From: Candidatus Latescibacterota bacterium
GTDB taxonomy: Bacteria > Latescibacterota > UBA2968 > UBA8231
DNA: 64,000 nucleotides
Direction of reading: 5' to 3'
Assembly (NCBI GenBank): GCA_965208105.1
Contig: OZ242318.1
Coordinates: forward strand, 800,001-864,000
In this document: piece after piece, positions 17,606 through 27,125 of the stretch
Layout of the letters: each line of letters starts with the position of its first letter
How positions within the stretch are numbered: the first letter of the stretch is position 1
Notes under the pieces: generated by a model
The model's input: only the letters and a program-made list of their open reading frames with translations
The model's database searches: none
Told to the model about the DNA's origin: nothing
Position numbers and translations under genes: made by a program

Positions 17606-19843
17606 TCATTCGTCCTCCACCTCCAGCACAAGCACCTCGTGGAGCTCCACCCTGGGCACGAGGACCGCATCCGAATCGATCTCCAGGTTTCGGCCCTGCA
17701 GCGGCAACCGCGCCGACTTCAGCTCGAGCCCGGTGAATCGCACCACGATGTCGCGCAAGGGAACCAGCTCGCGGGGTGCGTGGAAGGCGCCGTCGTCCCG
17801 ATGGTTGTCGAAGTCCTCTTCGTTGTAGATCCGCCACGGGATCAACGGATTGGGGTTGTTGACCAGGTGCACCATCAGCTCCCCCGAAGGCCTCACCGCA
17901 GCGGTGATCTCCAGCGCTTCCGGCGCCTCGATCTCGAAGGGTGCGGTGGTGCGGCGAACCAGGTGGACGACGAAGCTCTTCAGCATGGCATACGGGCTTT
18001 CCATGAAGGCACTGCCCACGTCTGCGGCGAGGTAATAGGCCCTGCCCCTGCCGAAGCGGTTCACAACCACCGCCGGCTCGCCGCTGTCGAAGGGCCGCTG
18101 CGGGTGAAAGCGGTCCAGCGGATTCACATCTTCCAGGTTGGACCGCGTGCACAATATCTCCACTCCCCCGCGGGTGCGAATCTCCGCTTCCCTGCCGTAC
18201 ATGCAGATGATGTCGCCCATCTCCTTCCTGAGCCGTTCCTCCTGCGGCACCAGGGCGATCGGTCCCTCCTCCCGCTTCTGCCCGTCCTCGCCCGTCCTCT
18301 CGCGGGTGCCGGCGTATTCGACCCCCAGCACCTTCTCGAGACCGAACCTCCCGCGATCGTACCCAAACTCGTCCAGCAGGGAGGTCTGGTAAGTTGCTAT
18401 CAGGGTGCCGCCTCCGTCGACGTATCCGGCTACCGCCTCGCACTGGGCGTCCGACAGGCAGGCGCTGTTGGAGAGAAAGAGGAGACCGTACTGCCCGAGG
18501 TGCCCTGGAACGATATGTTCGTCGAAGGCCAGGTCGAGGGGAAGATGGGAGCGGTTGAGCATCTCGTAGACGCCGTGGACGTAGCGCTGATGGAGCTGGC
18601 GCCATCCCGCGACGGTCGGCGGTCCCCGGTGGATCTCCCCGGGATTGAAGTCCCGGTTCCGGGTCGAGTAGTGCAGGGCGAGGTACTTGAGACTCTCCCC
18701 TTCCAGGTAGTCCTCCCTTTGCCTCATTCCGGCGAACACCCTCCTGTGGGCGTCGGCGTTGACGAAGATGTTGCCCCCCTTGATGACGCGGCCGGGGAGG
18801 GGCTCGCCGCAGGAGGCGCCGCCGTGAGCCATGGCCACCGCAGCGAAGACCGCCGCTTCGCGCCCCCGTGGGTACGGCGCCAGACCGAACCCCTTCAGCG
18901 GTTCCGAGGGAACGCGGAATAGCCCGAACGGGGTCCCCGAGGCGCGCAGCACCTTGGCCACGAATCCGGGCTCGCGCAGATAGCGGTGTGGAGCGGGAAA
19001 GGTTTCCACGAAGGAATGGCCGCCCACTTCGTGCAGGCGGAGGGAGGCGATGGGATGGCCCTGGGACCATTCCGCCGTGGGCCAGTAATAGGTGTTCAGG
19101 TCCAGGATGGCGTCGGGGTAGCGGGAACGCACCGAGCGAAAAAAATGATGGAGGAACTCGATGAGCTTGTCGTAGCGCCAGTTGACGAAGTGGCGGAAGG
19201 CCCTGGAGTCGAAGTCCACCTTCCGGGGGATATCGAAGCCCGTGTCCTCGTTGAACTGCCGGGCGCAGAACCGGCAGCAGCAGGACGGGACATAGGGCGA
19301 GTTGTCGTGGGAGCCCCAGTTGACGTCGTCGAAGTAGAACCCGTCGATGTCCAGGTTGTCCATGAAATCGCTCAGGCACTCGGGCAGCCAGTCGCGGAAG
19401 GGCGAATTGAAGCAGAACCAGCCCTGGTTCTCGGGAATCGGCCGGCCGTCGTCGACAAACTGCATGAGCCACTCCGGATGCAGGTCCCGCAGCGGTTTGG
19501 AGAAGTTGATCGGGTAGTAGGACAGCACGATGATGCCGCGCCGGTGACAGAGCTCGATGAAGCGGGGGTTCAGGTCCTGGTCCAGGTGGGGGTGAGGCGC
19601 GAAGATGCGCGAGGGGAAACGAGGCGTGCCGCGATTGAATGCGCCGGAGACGATGGCGACCTCGAAGCCGGCTGCGCTGATGGCGTCCACGTACTCCTCG
19701 GGCGTGGGACAATCCAACGGCTCCCCGGCGGGGGGAGGAGGATAGTGGGCCTCGATGCGGCATACCCGTTTTTCGTAGGGCTTTTCCGCCAGGCGCTGCG
19801 CGGTGCTTCCCACCCTTCTCAGCGGCGGAGGTCCGGAGTTCAT
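17606..19843 (-). CDS. Uncharacterised glycoside hydrolase-like protein (TIM barrel plus beta-galactosidase trimerisation-like domain)
   Basis: HPEW, CFNSPFRDW, DGFYFDD, CCCRFC; LSNSACLSD..YVDGGGTLIATYQTSLLDE. Confidence 0.8.
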   Translation of the reverse strand: MNSGPPPLRRVGSTAQRLAEKPYEKRVCRIEAHYPPPPAGEPLDCPTPEEYVDAISAAGFEVAIVSGAFNRGTPRFPSRIFAPHPHLDQDLNPRFIELCHRRGIIVLSYYPINFSKPLRDLHPEWLMQFVDDGRPIPENQGWFCFNSPFRDWLPECLSDFMDNLDIDGFYFDDVNWGSHDNSPYVPSCCCRFCARQFNEDTGFDIPRKVDFDSRAFRHFVNWRYDKLIEFLHHFFRSVRSRYPDAILDLNTYYWPTAEWSQGHPIASLRLHEVGGHSFVETFPAPHRYLREPGFVAKVLRASGTPFGLFRVPSEPLKGFGLAPYPRGREAAVFAAVAMAHGGASCGEPLPGRVIKGGNIFVNADAHRRVFAGMRQREDYLEGESLKYLALHYSTRNRDFNPGEIHRGPPTVAGWRQLHQRYVHGVYEMLNRSHLPLDLAFDEHIVPGHLGQYGLLFLSNSACLSDAQCEAVAGYVDGGGTLIATYQTSLLDEFGYDRGRFGLEKVLGVEYAGTRERTGEDGQKREEGPIALVPQEERLRKEMGDIICMYGREAEIRTRGGVEILCTRSNLEDVNPLDRFHPQRPFDSGEPAVVVNRFGRGRAYYLAADVGSAFMESPYAMLKSFVVHLVRRTTAPFEIEAPEALEITAAVRPSGELMVHLVNNPNPLIPWRIYNEEDFDNHRDDGAFHAPRELVPLRDIVVRFTGLELKSARLPLQGRNLEIDSDAVLVPRVELHEVLVLEVEDE

Positions 19844-20165
19844 CGACCCTTCCCTTCCTTGTTCCCTGCCAGGGGGTTGGGTTCAACTGGAGATTCTGTA
19901 GAAAAAATAAAATTTCTATTTTGGATTCTTTGTCAAGGAGCCCATCGCGGAGGCTGAGGATGGGGAACGACTCGAAGTCGTCATTGCCGACAACGGCATA
20001 AGCAAGGAGAACATGGAGAAGCTCTTCGACGAGCATCAATTAACGGGGGTGTTGCTCATCTCCACCGCCTCGGCCCAACCCGGGGCAGGCGCATTGAAGC
20101 TTGACAGAGTCCCCATCCTTCCAAATCTTTGTCAGGCACAAGATGCATCATTATGGAGGCACAAA

Positions 20166-20417
20166 ATGAGGCAGATTACCGTCCGGGGAATACCCGAGGA
20201 CCTCGAGCGAGAGATTGAAGCGCGTGCGCGAGCCCATGGCGAGAGTCTCAACAAATCGGTCATTCGATTGTTGAAGCAGGCGGTCGGGCTCGAGCGGCCA
20301 GAACGGAAAAAGCGAGACTTGTCCACTGTCGCGGGCAAATGGGGATCTCGCGAGGCGTCTGAATTCGAGCGCAACGCAGGCATTTTCGAGACCATCGACG
20401 AGGAGCTGTGGAGGTGA
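20166..20417 (+). CDS. vapB: Ribbon-helix-helix (FitA/VapB-like) antitoxin
   Basis: MRQITVRGIPEDL..ARAHGESLNKSVIRLL; GGAGG RBS; GTGA overlap with a PIN gene. Confidence 0.8.
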   Translation: MRQITVRGIPEDLEREIEARARAHGESLNKSVIRLLKQAVGLERPERKKRDLSTVAGKWGSREASEFERNAGIFETIDEELWR

Positions 20418-20806
20418 GTGCCGTCTGCGTCGACACCAGTGCCTACAGCCAGCTCATGCGTGGACGTCCGGCTCCCACAAGGCGCCTGGAGGAAGCGGAC
20501 ACCGTGTACGTGCCGGCCACGGTGTTGGGCGAGCTGTACGCTGGATTCGAAATGGGTTCTCGACCAGCCGACAACATAGCTGAATTGCGGGAATTTCTGG
20601 ATCAACCGGCTGTTTTTGTGGCCGAGACCGGAGAGAGCGTTGCCGAACGGTACGGCAAGCTGGTCCAGCAATTGCGGGCGCAGGGCACCCCGATTCCGAC
20701 GAACGACATCTGGATCGCCGCAGCCGCACTCGAAACGGGCTCTCGGTTGTTGGCTTACGACTCGCACTTCGAGCGGATACCTGGGCTCATCGTCGAGTCC
20801 CTCTGA
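20414..20806 (+). CDS. vapC: PIN-domain toxin VapC
   Basis: VDTSAYS, VLGELYAGF, GTPIPTNDIWIAA, YDSHF. Confidence 0.92.
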   Translation: MSAVCVDTSAYSQLMRGRPAPTRRLEEADTVYVPATVLGELYAGFEMGSRPADNIAELREFLDQPAVFVAETGESVAERYGKLVQQLRAQGTPIPTNDIWIAAAALETGSRLLAYDSHFERIPGLIVESL

Positions 20807-21018
20807 TGATTCGTGCCCCGCGCTGGACGATCCCCCGGGCCTTCCTCCTGCACCGCCCACCGAGCGATCCGCGCGGATCGGCTTGCGTCCCGTTCTTCGA
20901 GCAGGCACCACTTCAATCGCGAGCGCATAGCCTGTAGACGGCGGCGGATCGAACTGGGGTCGGTAATGCCTATATTGCCGGCCCGCATCACAGCGAAGCC
21001 ATTGGAAAGGGAGATTCC

Positions 21019-22023
21019 ATGAACAGCCCCCCGGAAGATTACGTCCTGGTCAAAGAAGAGAGGTTATTGGAGTTCTCGACCTCCTGCTTCCAGAAGGCCG
21101 GCCTCGACGCCGATCACGCCGCGCTCATCAGCCGACTCCTGGTGAACTCCGACCTGCGCGGGGTCCGCACCCACGGTACGGCTGCGATGAATCGGTACTG
21201 CGAGAGCTTCGAAAACGGTGCTCACAATCCGCATCCGAGTCTCTCCATTTTGAGTGAAACTCCGACAACGGTCGTCGTCGACGGCGACGGCTGCCTCGGC
21301 TATCTCCCGATGGTCAAGGCAACCGAGCTCGCCATTGCCAAAGCGAAAGAGCTGGGGTTGGGAATGGGAATCGCGCGCAACATCGGGCATTACGGATCGG
21401 CCAGGCACTACGCGCGCATGTGTATGGAAGAGGGATGTATAGGATTTTCGGTGCAGGGGTATCACGAGCTGGGCAACGCCCGCGACCGTGACGAGAAACC
21501 GCAGATCGGATATTTCGGCAATCCGCCGATCTGTTTCGCGATACCCGGAAAGGACGGGCCTCCCCTGGTACTGGACGCTGCAACGCGCATACTCGCCGAC
21601 TACCAGACCGGTCCAGAGTTCGACAAGCTGTTGGATTTCATTCCCGCCGCCTTCTTCAAGAGCATGGGGTATACGGCGGTGGCCGGTATACTGGGCGGTG
21701 CGCTTACAGGTTTCAACCTTCCGGAAGGGGACGCCATTCGCGCTCGATGGCCCAATGCGGCCAAAGGAGGAATGACGCTGGCCATTCGCATTGAAGCCGT
21801 GGTCCCGGAGGAGGTTTTTCGCGACGAGGTGGATAGAATGGTCCGCGACGTGCGCGAAACCTACGAGCCGATGCCGGGCACCGATCGACCGCTACTGCCG
21901 GGCGGGATCGAGGAGGAGCGCTTTGAGATGCATCGCCGCGATGGGATTCGGTACGGCGAAAACGAGCAGGCCGAAGCGCGCCTGGCCAGCGAGCGGCTCG
22001 GGGTGCCGCTGCCCTGGGATTGA
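21019..22023 (+). CDS. Ldh_2 family (malate/L-lactate/sulfolactate-type) oxidoreductase
   Basis: DLRGVRTHG, VDGDGCLG, RNIGHYG, GNPPICFAIP, LDAAT. Confidence 0.9.
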   Translation: MNSPPEDYVLVKEERLLEFSTSCFQKAGLDADHAALISRLLVNSDLRGVRTHGTAAMNRYCESFENGAHNPHPSLSILSETPTTVVVDGDGCLGYLPMVKATELAIAKAKELGLGMGIARNIGHYGSARHYARMCMEEGCIGFSVQGYHELGNARDRDEKPQIGYFGNPPICFAIPGKDGPPLVLDAATRILADYQTGPEFDKLLDFIPAAFFKSMGYTAVAGILGGALTGFNLPEGDAIRARWPNAAKGGMTLAIRIEAVVPEEVFRDEVDRMVRDVRETYEPMPGTDRPLLPGGIEEERFEMHRRDGIRYGENEQAEARLASERLGVPLPWD

Positions 22024-22110
22024 TGGTTTTCGCGGGGTGAATGTCGCGGCGTCCCAAAAGGCCGGCCGCGAACCTTGACGGTTGCGGAGCCCGGCGAGGT
22101 CAGGGCCGCG

Positions 22111-23739
22111 TCAGGAGCTGCAGGACAGCATGGAACAGCCCGGGCGGTGGCGCGCCCAGGCTGGCCGCCTGCCAGCGAATTCTTCCTTCTCCGGCTGCTC
22201 GTCGTACGGCCGGCGCAGCAACTCGAGCAACTCCACCACCAGTGAGTTGTCTCCCTCCTCCGCCTTGTCAATCGCCAACTGTGCCATGTAGTTTCGCAGC
22301 ACGTACTTCGGATTGACCGCGTTCATGCGCTCGGCGCGGAGCGCGTCCGGCGTGCCGTCCCGCCGTACCCGATCCTGATAGCTGCGGATCCAGTTGGCAA
22401 TGCGCGTACGTTTGTCGTCGGTGAGCTCGTCCGGAGTGTAGTACGCCTCCATCAAAGGGGCCATCAGTGCGGCGGCCGGCGTCTCCGTGGGTCTATCCTG
22501 TGCGCCGGTCGCCGATCCCCCCTCCGCCGACAGCTCGGCCAGCTTGCGGAAGAAGATGGTCATGTCTGTTTCAATTAACTGGAGGATCTCCAGCAGTTCG
22601 GAGACGAGCTCCGCATCCGTCACCCGATCAAAGACATCCAGACCCAGTTTCTGTGCCATCATCTCCTGCCAGGCGCTGTCGTACTCTTCGGGGTAACGGT
22701 CGAGTGCCGTTTGTAACGGCTCGACCTTTTCCATCAACGGGGCCAGGGCGTTGGCAAGTTGAAACAGGTTCCACAAAGCTATCTGCGACTGGTGTCCGAA
22801 GCGATAACGCCGCCCGCCCGCGTCCGTCGTGTTCGGCGTCCAGTTCGGATCGTAGTCCTCGAGCCAGCCGTAGGGACCGTAGTCAATGGTTAGACCCAGG
22901 ATCGACATGTTGTCGGTATTCATTACCCCGTGCACGAATCCGACCCGCATCCAGTGCACGATCATCTCGGCCGTCTTACGACAGACCTCTTCGAAGAGTG
23001 CGGCGTAGGTTTCGACCGACGGTTCGCCCAGATGGGGAAAATCGACCCTGACGGTGTAATCCAGCAGCTGTTTGAGCACGTCCAAATCGCGCCTGGCGGT
23101 GAAGATCTCGAAACTGCCAAAGCGGGTGAACGATGGGGAAACGCGACAGACGATGGCGCCGGGCTCGGACTTGGGGTTGCCGTCGTAAAACATGTCGCGT
23201 ATCACCTCGTCTCCGGAGGTAACGAGACACAGGGCGCGGGTGGTGGGCACGCCCAGGTGATACATCGCTTCGCTGCAGAGAAACTCCCGAACCGACGAGC
23301 GCAGAACTGCAAGGCCGTCAGCCGTGCGCGAGTAAGGGGTTGGTCCGGCGCCCTTCAGCTGCAACGCCCAACGACGGTTTTCACCGTTGACCGTTTCTCC
23401 CAGATTGATGGCACGGCCATCTCCAAGCTGTCCGGCCCAACTGCCGAACTGATGGCCGCCGTAGCAGGTGGAGTACGGATCCATTGCTTCGAGGACCCGG
23501 TTGCCGGCGAATACCTGCGCGAACTCTTCGCTGTGGCAGGTTTCTTCGTCCAGTCCCAGCTCGGAGGAGACCTCGCGGGCGAAGGCGACGAGTTTCGGAT
23601 TTGGCACCTGCACCGGCTGCACCCTGGAATAGCACGCTCCAGAGACCTGTCGCCGGTAATTCTCAGCGATAGGATCGGCGGGCAGGTCGCGGGTGAAACG
23701 ATTGTCGAACGGGAGGGTATCCAGCGTGTGGCCGATCAA
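22111..23739 (-). CDS. selO: Protein adenylyltransferase SelO (YdiU family)
   Basis: YGGHQFG..QLGDGRA, QLKGAGPTPYSRTADG, HGVMNTDNMS, C-terminal CSMLSCSS; TTG start after AGGAG. Confidence 0.95.
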   Translation of the reverse strand: MIGHTLDTLPFDNRFTRDLPADPIAENYRRQVSGACYSRVQPVQVPNPKLVAFAREVSSELGLDEETCHSEEFAQVFAGNRVLEAMDPYSTCYGGHQFGSWAGQLGDGRAINLGETVNGENRRWALQLKGAGPTPYSRTADGLAVLRSSVREFLCSEAMYHLGVPTTRALCLVTSGDEVIRDMFYDGNPKSEPGAIVCRVSPSFTRFGSFEIFTARRDLDVLKQLLDYTVRVDFPHLGEPSVETYAALFEEVCRKTAEMIVHWMRVGFVHGVMNTDNMSILGLTIDYGPYGWLEDYDPNWTPNTTDAGGRRYRFGHQSQIALWNLFQLANALAPLMEKVEPLQTALDRYPEEYDSAWQEMMAQKLGLDVFDRVTDAELVSELLEILQLIETDMTIFFRKLAELSAEGGSATGAQDRPTETPAAALMAPLMEAYYTPDELTDDKRTRIANWIRSYQDRVRRDGTPDALRAERMNAVNPKYVLRNYMAQLAIDKAEEGDNSLVVELLELLRRPYDEQPEKEEFAGRRPAWARHRPGCSMLSCSS

Positions 23740-23840
23740 GAAATTCGCTCCTATATTTGGTTGACAAAGGAGTATATGGAAGAGCGACCGACCGTCAAGG
23801 TTGCACCGCGCACACCTCAGCCCGGGAGTGAAACGAGGCC

Positions 23841-24809
23841 ATGCATTTGGGATTGAAGTTCAAGCAGGACTACCTGTCCGAGGACAATCTGCGATTCGCC
23901 AGACAGTTGGGAGTGACCCACATAGTCGTTCACAGCCCCCGCCTGCTGGAGGCCGGCGCTCTTGGGTTTTCCAAGCTGACTCAAACGCGGGAATTCATCG
24001 AGTCGTTCGACCTGAAGTGGGAGGCCATAGAAAATCTGACAACCGAACATTGGCCGGCGATTGTCCAGGCGGGACCGCAGCGAGACGAGGGGATCCGCAA
24101 CGTCTGCACCTCCATCGAGAACATGGGCAAGGCGGGGATACCGATCCTGGGGTATTATTTCTCGTTGCGCGGCGGAGGCCACTGGCGCGCTTACGACAAG
24201 GGTGGAGGAAGGGGAGATGCCGGCATCAAGAGCTTCGACTACGAAACCATCAAGGACGCGCCGCCGGGAAAAGGCGCTCCGGTGAGCGTCGAAGAAATGT
24301 GGGACCGCCTGGCGTATTTTCTGGAGCGCGTGGTCCCGGTCGCCGAGCAGCACGGGGTCAAGCTGGCCGCGCATCCGAACGATCCGCCGGCGGAAACGAT
24401 GATGGGCGTCGGTAACATGCTGACCAGCGACGAAGCGATGCAGCGCCATATAGACCTGGTACCGAGCCCCAACAACGGTCTGGAATTCTGCCAGGGTACT
24501 GTTGCGCAAATGGGTCCCGATAAGACCATCGATGCTATTCGACGGTTCGCATCACAAGAGAAGATCTTCTACGTACATTTCCGCAACGTGCGCGGCGCAT
24601 TTCCAAAGTTCGACGAGGTGTTTATCGACGAGGGCGACGTTAATATGATTGCCGCCCTCAAGGCCTACAAAGATGCCGGGTTCGATGGCATAATCACCCC
24701 CGACCACTCGCCCCGAGTGGTGGGAGACACGGACTATCATCACCGGGGGAAGGCGTTCGCCCTGGGTTACATTCGCGCCGCATTGCAGGCGTTGGACACA
24801 ATCGACTGA
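23841..24809 (+). CDS. Mannonate dehydratase (UxuA)-like protein
   Basis: RQLGVTH, NMGKAGIP, LAAHPNDPP, FCQGT, VHFRNVRG, PDH, AFALGYIRA. Confidence 0.88.
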   Translation: MHLGLKFKQDYLSEDNLRFARQLGVTHIVVHSPRLLEAGALGFSKLTQTREFIESFDLKWEAIENLTTEHWPAIVQAGPQRDEGIRNVCTSIENMGKAGIPILGYYFSLRGGGHWRAYDKGGGRGDAGIKSFDYETIKDAPPGKGAPVSVEEMWDRLAYFLERVVPVAEQHGVKLAAHPNDPPAETMMGVGNMLTSDEAMQRHIDLVPSPNNGLEFCQGTVAQMGPDKTIDAIRRFASQEKIFYVHFRNVRGAFPKFDEVFIDEGDVNMIAALKAYKDAGFDGIITPDHSPRVVGDTDYHHRGKAFALGYIRAALQALDTID

Positions 24810-24846
24810 CCCAGGTCCCCATTCGCCCGCCACGGCTCACCAAACG

Positions 24847-25025
24847 TCAGCGAATGTTGACCCACTTTTTCTCTCTGGCCGCCTTGTACACCGCATCGCC
24901 AAGCTTGCCCACCTGCAGAGCGAAGGCCGGTGACTCGTAGCCCCGGCCTCCGTTTCTCATCCAGCGCAACATCGCTTCGTCGGCGACCCGCGCGTGAAGG
25001 CAATCTGCCGAGTGGCCGTTGCTGA
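24847..25025 (-). pseudogene. Possible C-terminal relic of a Gfo/Idh/MocA-type oxidoreductase
   Basis: Minus-strand frame reads ..EAMLRWMRNGG..ALQVGKLGDAVYKAAREKKWVNIR*, resembling GFO C-termini; no N-terminal part found. Confidence 0.3.
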
Positions 25026-25132
25026 CATGCGTTCCACTAAAGCCGTCTTGTGTTCCGCGAAGCAGGTTGGCCGAAACGACAAAATGAACTATATTAGCAA
25101 TTCATAATAAATTATAAAAAGGAGGCAGTCTC

Positions 25133-25372
25133 TTGAAGTCTCTCACTATTCACATGGATGAGGCTCTCGACCAACGAATTCGCGAAAAGGCTGCCGCCGA
25201 GGGTCAAAGCCTGAACAAAACCATAACGCGTGCGCTCAGGCAGGCCCTTGGAATGGGGCCCGTGAGTCACCGAGCGGATTTTATGGACCAGTTTGGGGTG
25301 TGGAGCCCGGAAGAGCGGGCAGAGTTCGAAGATCTCGCGAGCCGCGAAATCGATCCGCGGGAATGGCAGTGA
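25133..25372 (+). CDS. vapB: Ribbon-helix-helix antitoxin
   Basis: KSLTIHMDEALDQRIREKAAAEGQSLNKTI; AGGAGG RBS; overlaps a PIN gene. Confidence 0.8.
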   Translation: MKSLTIHMDEALDQRIREKAAAEGQSLNKTITRALRQALGMGPVSHRADFMDQFGVWSPEERAEFEDLASREIDPREWQ

Positions 25373-25764
25373 AGATCCTGCTGGACACCAACGCCCTGGG
25401 TGCGCTGTGGGGCGGGGACCAGCGCGTGCTCGAGGCACTGGACCAGGCAGAGCAGGTATACATGTCTGTCATTGTTCTAGGAGAGTTGCACGCTGGTTTT
25501 AGGGGCGGAAGGCAGATGCGGGAGAACCGAAGGCGGCTCGGGGAGTTCCTGACCAAACCCACGGTACGCCTGCTTGAGTTGACGGCCGCAACGGCGGAGG
25601 TCTATGGCCAGATAAAGGATGAGTTGCGGAGGGCCGGCACCCCCATTCCTATAAACGATGTCTGGCTCTCGGCCAATGCCATCGAATCGGGCTCTGTTCT
25701 GGTTACGTTTGACCAGCATTTCAGCAAGGTTTCGGGAGTTCGGATCTGGGAACCCCAGTTCTAA
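25369..25764 (+). CDS. vapC: PIN-domain toxin VapC
   Basis: ILLDTNA, VLGELHAGF, GTPIPINDVW, TFDQHF; GTG start overlapping the antitoxin stop. Confidence 0.92.
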   Translation: MKILLDTNALGALWGGDQRVLEALDQAEQVYMSVIVLGELHAGFRGGRQMRENRRRLGEFLTKPTVRLLELTAATAEVYGQIKDELRRAGTPIPINDVWLSANAIESGSVLVTFDQHFSKVSGVRIWEPQF

Positions 25765-25901
25765 AGAGAGATGGCGAGCCGGGACCTCGTCAGACAATTC
25801 GTCAAGGTCACCATTCCCTCCATTCAACAGAGACCACCTCACACTGATTGTAGCCACCAAGGCGTTTTGAGAAAGCAACCTGAACAGATGATGGAATCGT
25901 C

Positions 25902-26471
25902 ATGAAGTCTCTGACGGCAGTACTCATTGCGGCTCTGGTCCTCCTCTTGCCAGCCGTGCATCCCGCCGCGGCCCAGGGTCCGGAGGTGAAGGCGGCCGAC
26001 GTGGTGGACCGGGAGACCCTGAGGGCCTTCGTGCACGCCGCCAGGGAGCGCGCGGACCAGGCCTCCACCCTTGCCGAGTACCAGAAGGTGCTGGAGGAGT
26101 TCAGGACCGAGGAAACCTGGAAGAAGGGATCCATCTATCTGTTTGTCCTTTCTCCCGGCGGAGTCATGCTCTTCCACGCGGAGGACAAGGACCTGGAGGG
26201 ACAGGACCTCATCGGCCTGGAGGACCCCAACGGAGTAAAGATAATCCAGGACCTCCTCGCCGCCGCGGCCGAGGGCGGCGGCTACGTCGAGTATCTCTGG
26301 CCCGATCCGGCGGTGGAAGGGGACGAAGAGTCCGGCTCGCCCAAAGTCAGCTACGCCATCCCCTACTCCGCCCTCGGCCAGGACTTGATTCTGGGCTCCG
26401 GCTTCTATCCGGAATCGGCCTCCACCGCGGTCAGGGTGCAATCCTGGGGACAGTTGAAAAGCCGCTTCTGA
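25902..26471 (+). CDS. Secreted stand-alone single Cache domain protein with SWGQLK tail
   Basis: Signal peptide; GSIYLFV, EDPNGVKII, GGGYVEYLWPDP, PKVSYA, GSGFY. Confidence 0.85.
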   Translation: MKSLTAVLIAALVLLLPAVHPAAAQGPEVKAADVVDRETLRAFVHAARERADQASTLAEYQKVLEEFRTEETWKKGSIYLFVLSPGGVMLFHAEDKDLEGQDLIGLEDPNGVKIIQDLLAAAAEGGGYVEYLWPDPAVEGDEESGSPKVSYAIPYSALGQDLILGSGFYPESASTAVRVQSWGQLKSRF

Positions 26472-26489
26472 GGGAGCACGGATACAGGC

Positions 26490-27125
26490 CTACGAAGGAC
26501 CCGGGCTGGTCATGGCCTCGAATACGAGATCGGCCAGAAGCTGGTTTCCCAGCTCCGCCAGATGGCAGCCGTCGGCGAAGACCTTGACCGGGTGTTCGGC
26601 GTCGGCATTGTAGTCGAGCAGTTTCTCGAACGGCGTCTTCACGTCGACGAAGCGGTTGCCGAACTCCCGGCAGCCGCGCTCGATAATCCGGTCGTACTGC
26701 GCCAGTACCCCGTTCTTCCGCGCTTCGCCAGGGTGCGGTGTGGTAGACAGCTGCAGGGTCGAGACCCCGGCGTTGCGCAGGATCTCCAGTACCTTGACAA
26801 GGTGGGACTCGAAGCTCTCCGGCGCGTACTTCTTGGCGTCGTTCTGACCCATGAAGAGCACCGCCCAGGTCGGTTTGAAACCATCCAGGTACTCCTGCAG
26901 ACGCTGCAGGAGGTGGGGAAGCATGATGCCTCCGACGCCGGCGTTGAGAGTCTCCAGCTCCAGGTGGGGGTAGTGGACCAGCAGCCGCTTGAGCAGAATG
27001 TCCACGTAGCTGCCCAGATAGGCGTGGCCGTAGCGGGCGGCCGGGTTGGTACTGGACAGCAGTCCCGTGCGCCGGGTCAAGCTGTCACCGAGGAAGACAA
27101 CGCGGTCTTTCTTCTGAAGTATCAT
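26490..27125 (-). CDS. SGNH/GDSL hydrolase
   Basis: VVFLGDSLT, NAGVGG, GQND, DGCH; ATGA overlap with the upstream gene. Confidence 0.9.
   Translation of the reverse strand: MILQKKDRVVFLGDSLTRRTGLLSSTNPAARYGHAYLGSYVDILLKRLLVHYPHLELETLNAGVGGIMLPHLLQRLQEYLDGFKPTWAVLFMGQNDAKKYAPESFESHLVKVLEILRNAGVSTLQLSTTPHPGEARKNGVLAQYDRIIERGCREFGNRFVDVKTPFEKLLDYNADAEHPVKVFADGCHLAELGNQLLADLVFEAMTSPGPS

Noticed and set aside
22111-22140. Sec at the SelO C-terminus
   Set aside because: The protein ends CSMLSCSS*, the ordinary Cys-type bacterial terminus; the TGA is a true stop.
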